A stretch of DNA of 64,000 bases from Mobula hypostoma (taxonomy: Eukaryota): NCBI RefSeq assembly GCF_963921235.1, contig NC_086097.1, forward strand, positions 75,826,001-75,890,000, given 5' to 3'. Each line of letters begins with the position of its first letter. Position 1 is the stretch's first letter. The notes below the pieces were generated by a model that saw only the letters and a list, made by a program, of their open reading frames with translations, had not been told where the DNA came from and made no database searches. Positions 62,975 through 64,000 of the stretch are shown piece by piece. The position numbers were made by a program, and so were the translations under genes.

Positions 62975-64000
62975 CTACATTAAAAATACCAAGATTACAC
63001 ATTCTGACTATTCATACTTAAAGGAATCATTTATCTTAACCATACAATTTTTCCATTTGATAGTTTTGAGAAAACATGACCAGTTAAAGTACAAGAATGA
63101 GTTAATGCAAACACAAAATAGTCTACATTGCATAAGCAACCTGCCATTGTCCTACTTTGTATCAAACTTTGCGAAAGAGGTTTCTTCTTGAGATATTGTA
63201 AACCTTGCCTAGAGCTGGCTACCACAGGTGCTTAGCTGCCTGGAATCATGTATTGCAGGTTTACCAGCCAGGTCGGCAATCATTCTATTCTTGGTAATAG
63301 ATTTTAGAGTCTACGGTACTTCCTGTGTTACTGTCAGGACTTCCTCTGACTGGCATTCATAGGGAAAATATTGATTTATCAGATCATAAGGGGATATATT
63401 GAAGTTTATATTCTGTACCACAGATCTTTTGTCATGGCTGGAGATGCATTGTGGTCCAGAGACAACAGTGAGGGCATACTAAGGCCAAATTCTCTGAATT
63501 AATTTCTGCACTACTTCTGCCAAAAGGTACAGGAAATACCTGGGGATGATGACACCAGACTGAGTAGTTGAATGGGAGTTGTGGCTCCTGATGAGAAATT
63601 ATGGTTACCAAATGAGTTGCAGATCATAACATGTCTGCCTAATTAATTAAAAAATATTCTTAAGAATTAAAAATGTTTGAGACCATATAATTAAAAGTTT
63701 CTTGGTGTGTTAGAAACATTAATGCCAGGTAATTATAATGCATGCTCAATGTTCCTTGTATAGAATTCTAATCAAGTTGCCTTCAATAAGGAAATTTATG
63801 CTGCGTGGGGAAAAATAGTCTTTTCTGTTCTTAGAATCATAGACAATTTACAGTGTTGAAGGAAATCATTGAGTCTCACACTGTCATTTCCCTGTAAAAC
63901 TGAAAATGATGGCATAAGCAAATAGCATCAAACTTTGACACGGTGCAACACGCACATTTTGTTCAGGTATAATTTTTCACAGAACAAGTGCGATGTGGGG

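Overview
Eukaryotic (vertebrate) genomic DNA; the repeat content (CR1, Penelope-like, V-SINE, Rex1-like) looks like a cartilaginous fish, probably a ray (inference). The window holds the 3' halves of two convergent genes. FAM98B (+) has 5 coding exons at 912-22245, ending in a Gly/RGG tail. RASGRP1 (-) has 9 coding exons at 62974-33659: end of CDC25, EF hands, C1, PT region and coiled coil. All exons have GT-AG boundaries and join in frame; exon numbers follow the human genes as I recall them. Introns and the intergenic gap are full of nested transposons: a Tc1 IR/DR element, a Buster-type hAT, a Tigger, CR1, Rex1-like and V-SINE copies, and many Penelope-like elements (PLEs) with 10-16 bp target duplications. 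Best hidden signals: (1) the PLE 3' ends carry a minimal type-I hammerhead ribozyme motif, with three identical intact copies in sense orientation in RASGRP1 introns and several tiny ribozyme-bearing insertions; (2) a compact RUNX-GATA-RUNX-ETS-E-box cluster in RASGRP1 intron 9; (3) inverted PLE pairs bracketing RASGRP1 exons; (4) a templated inverted insertion near the last FAM98B acceptor.
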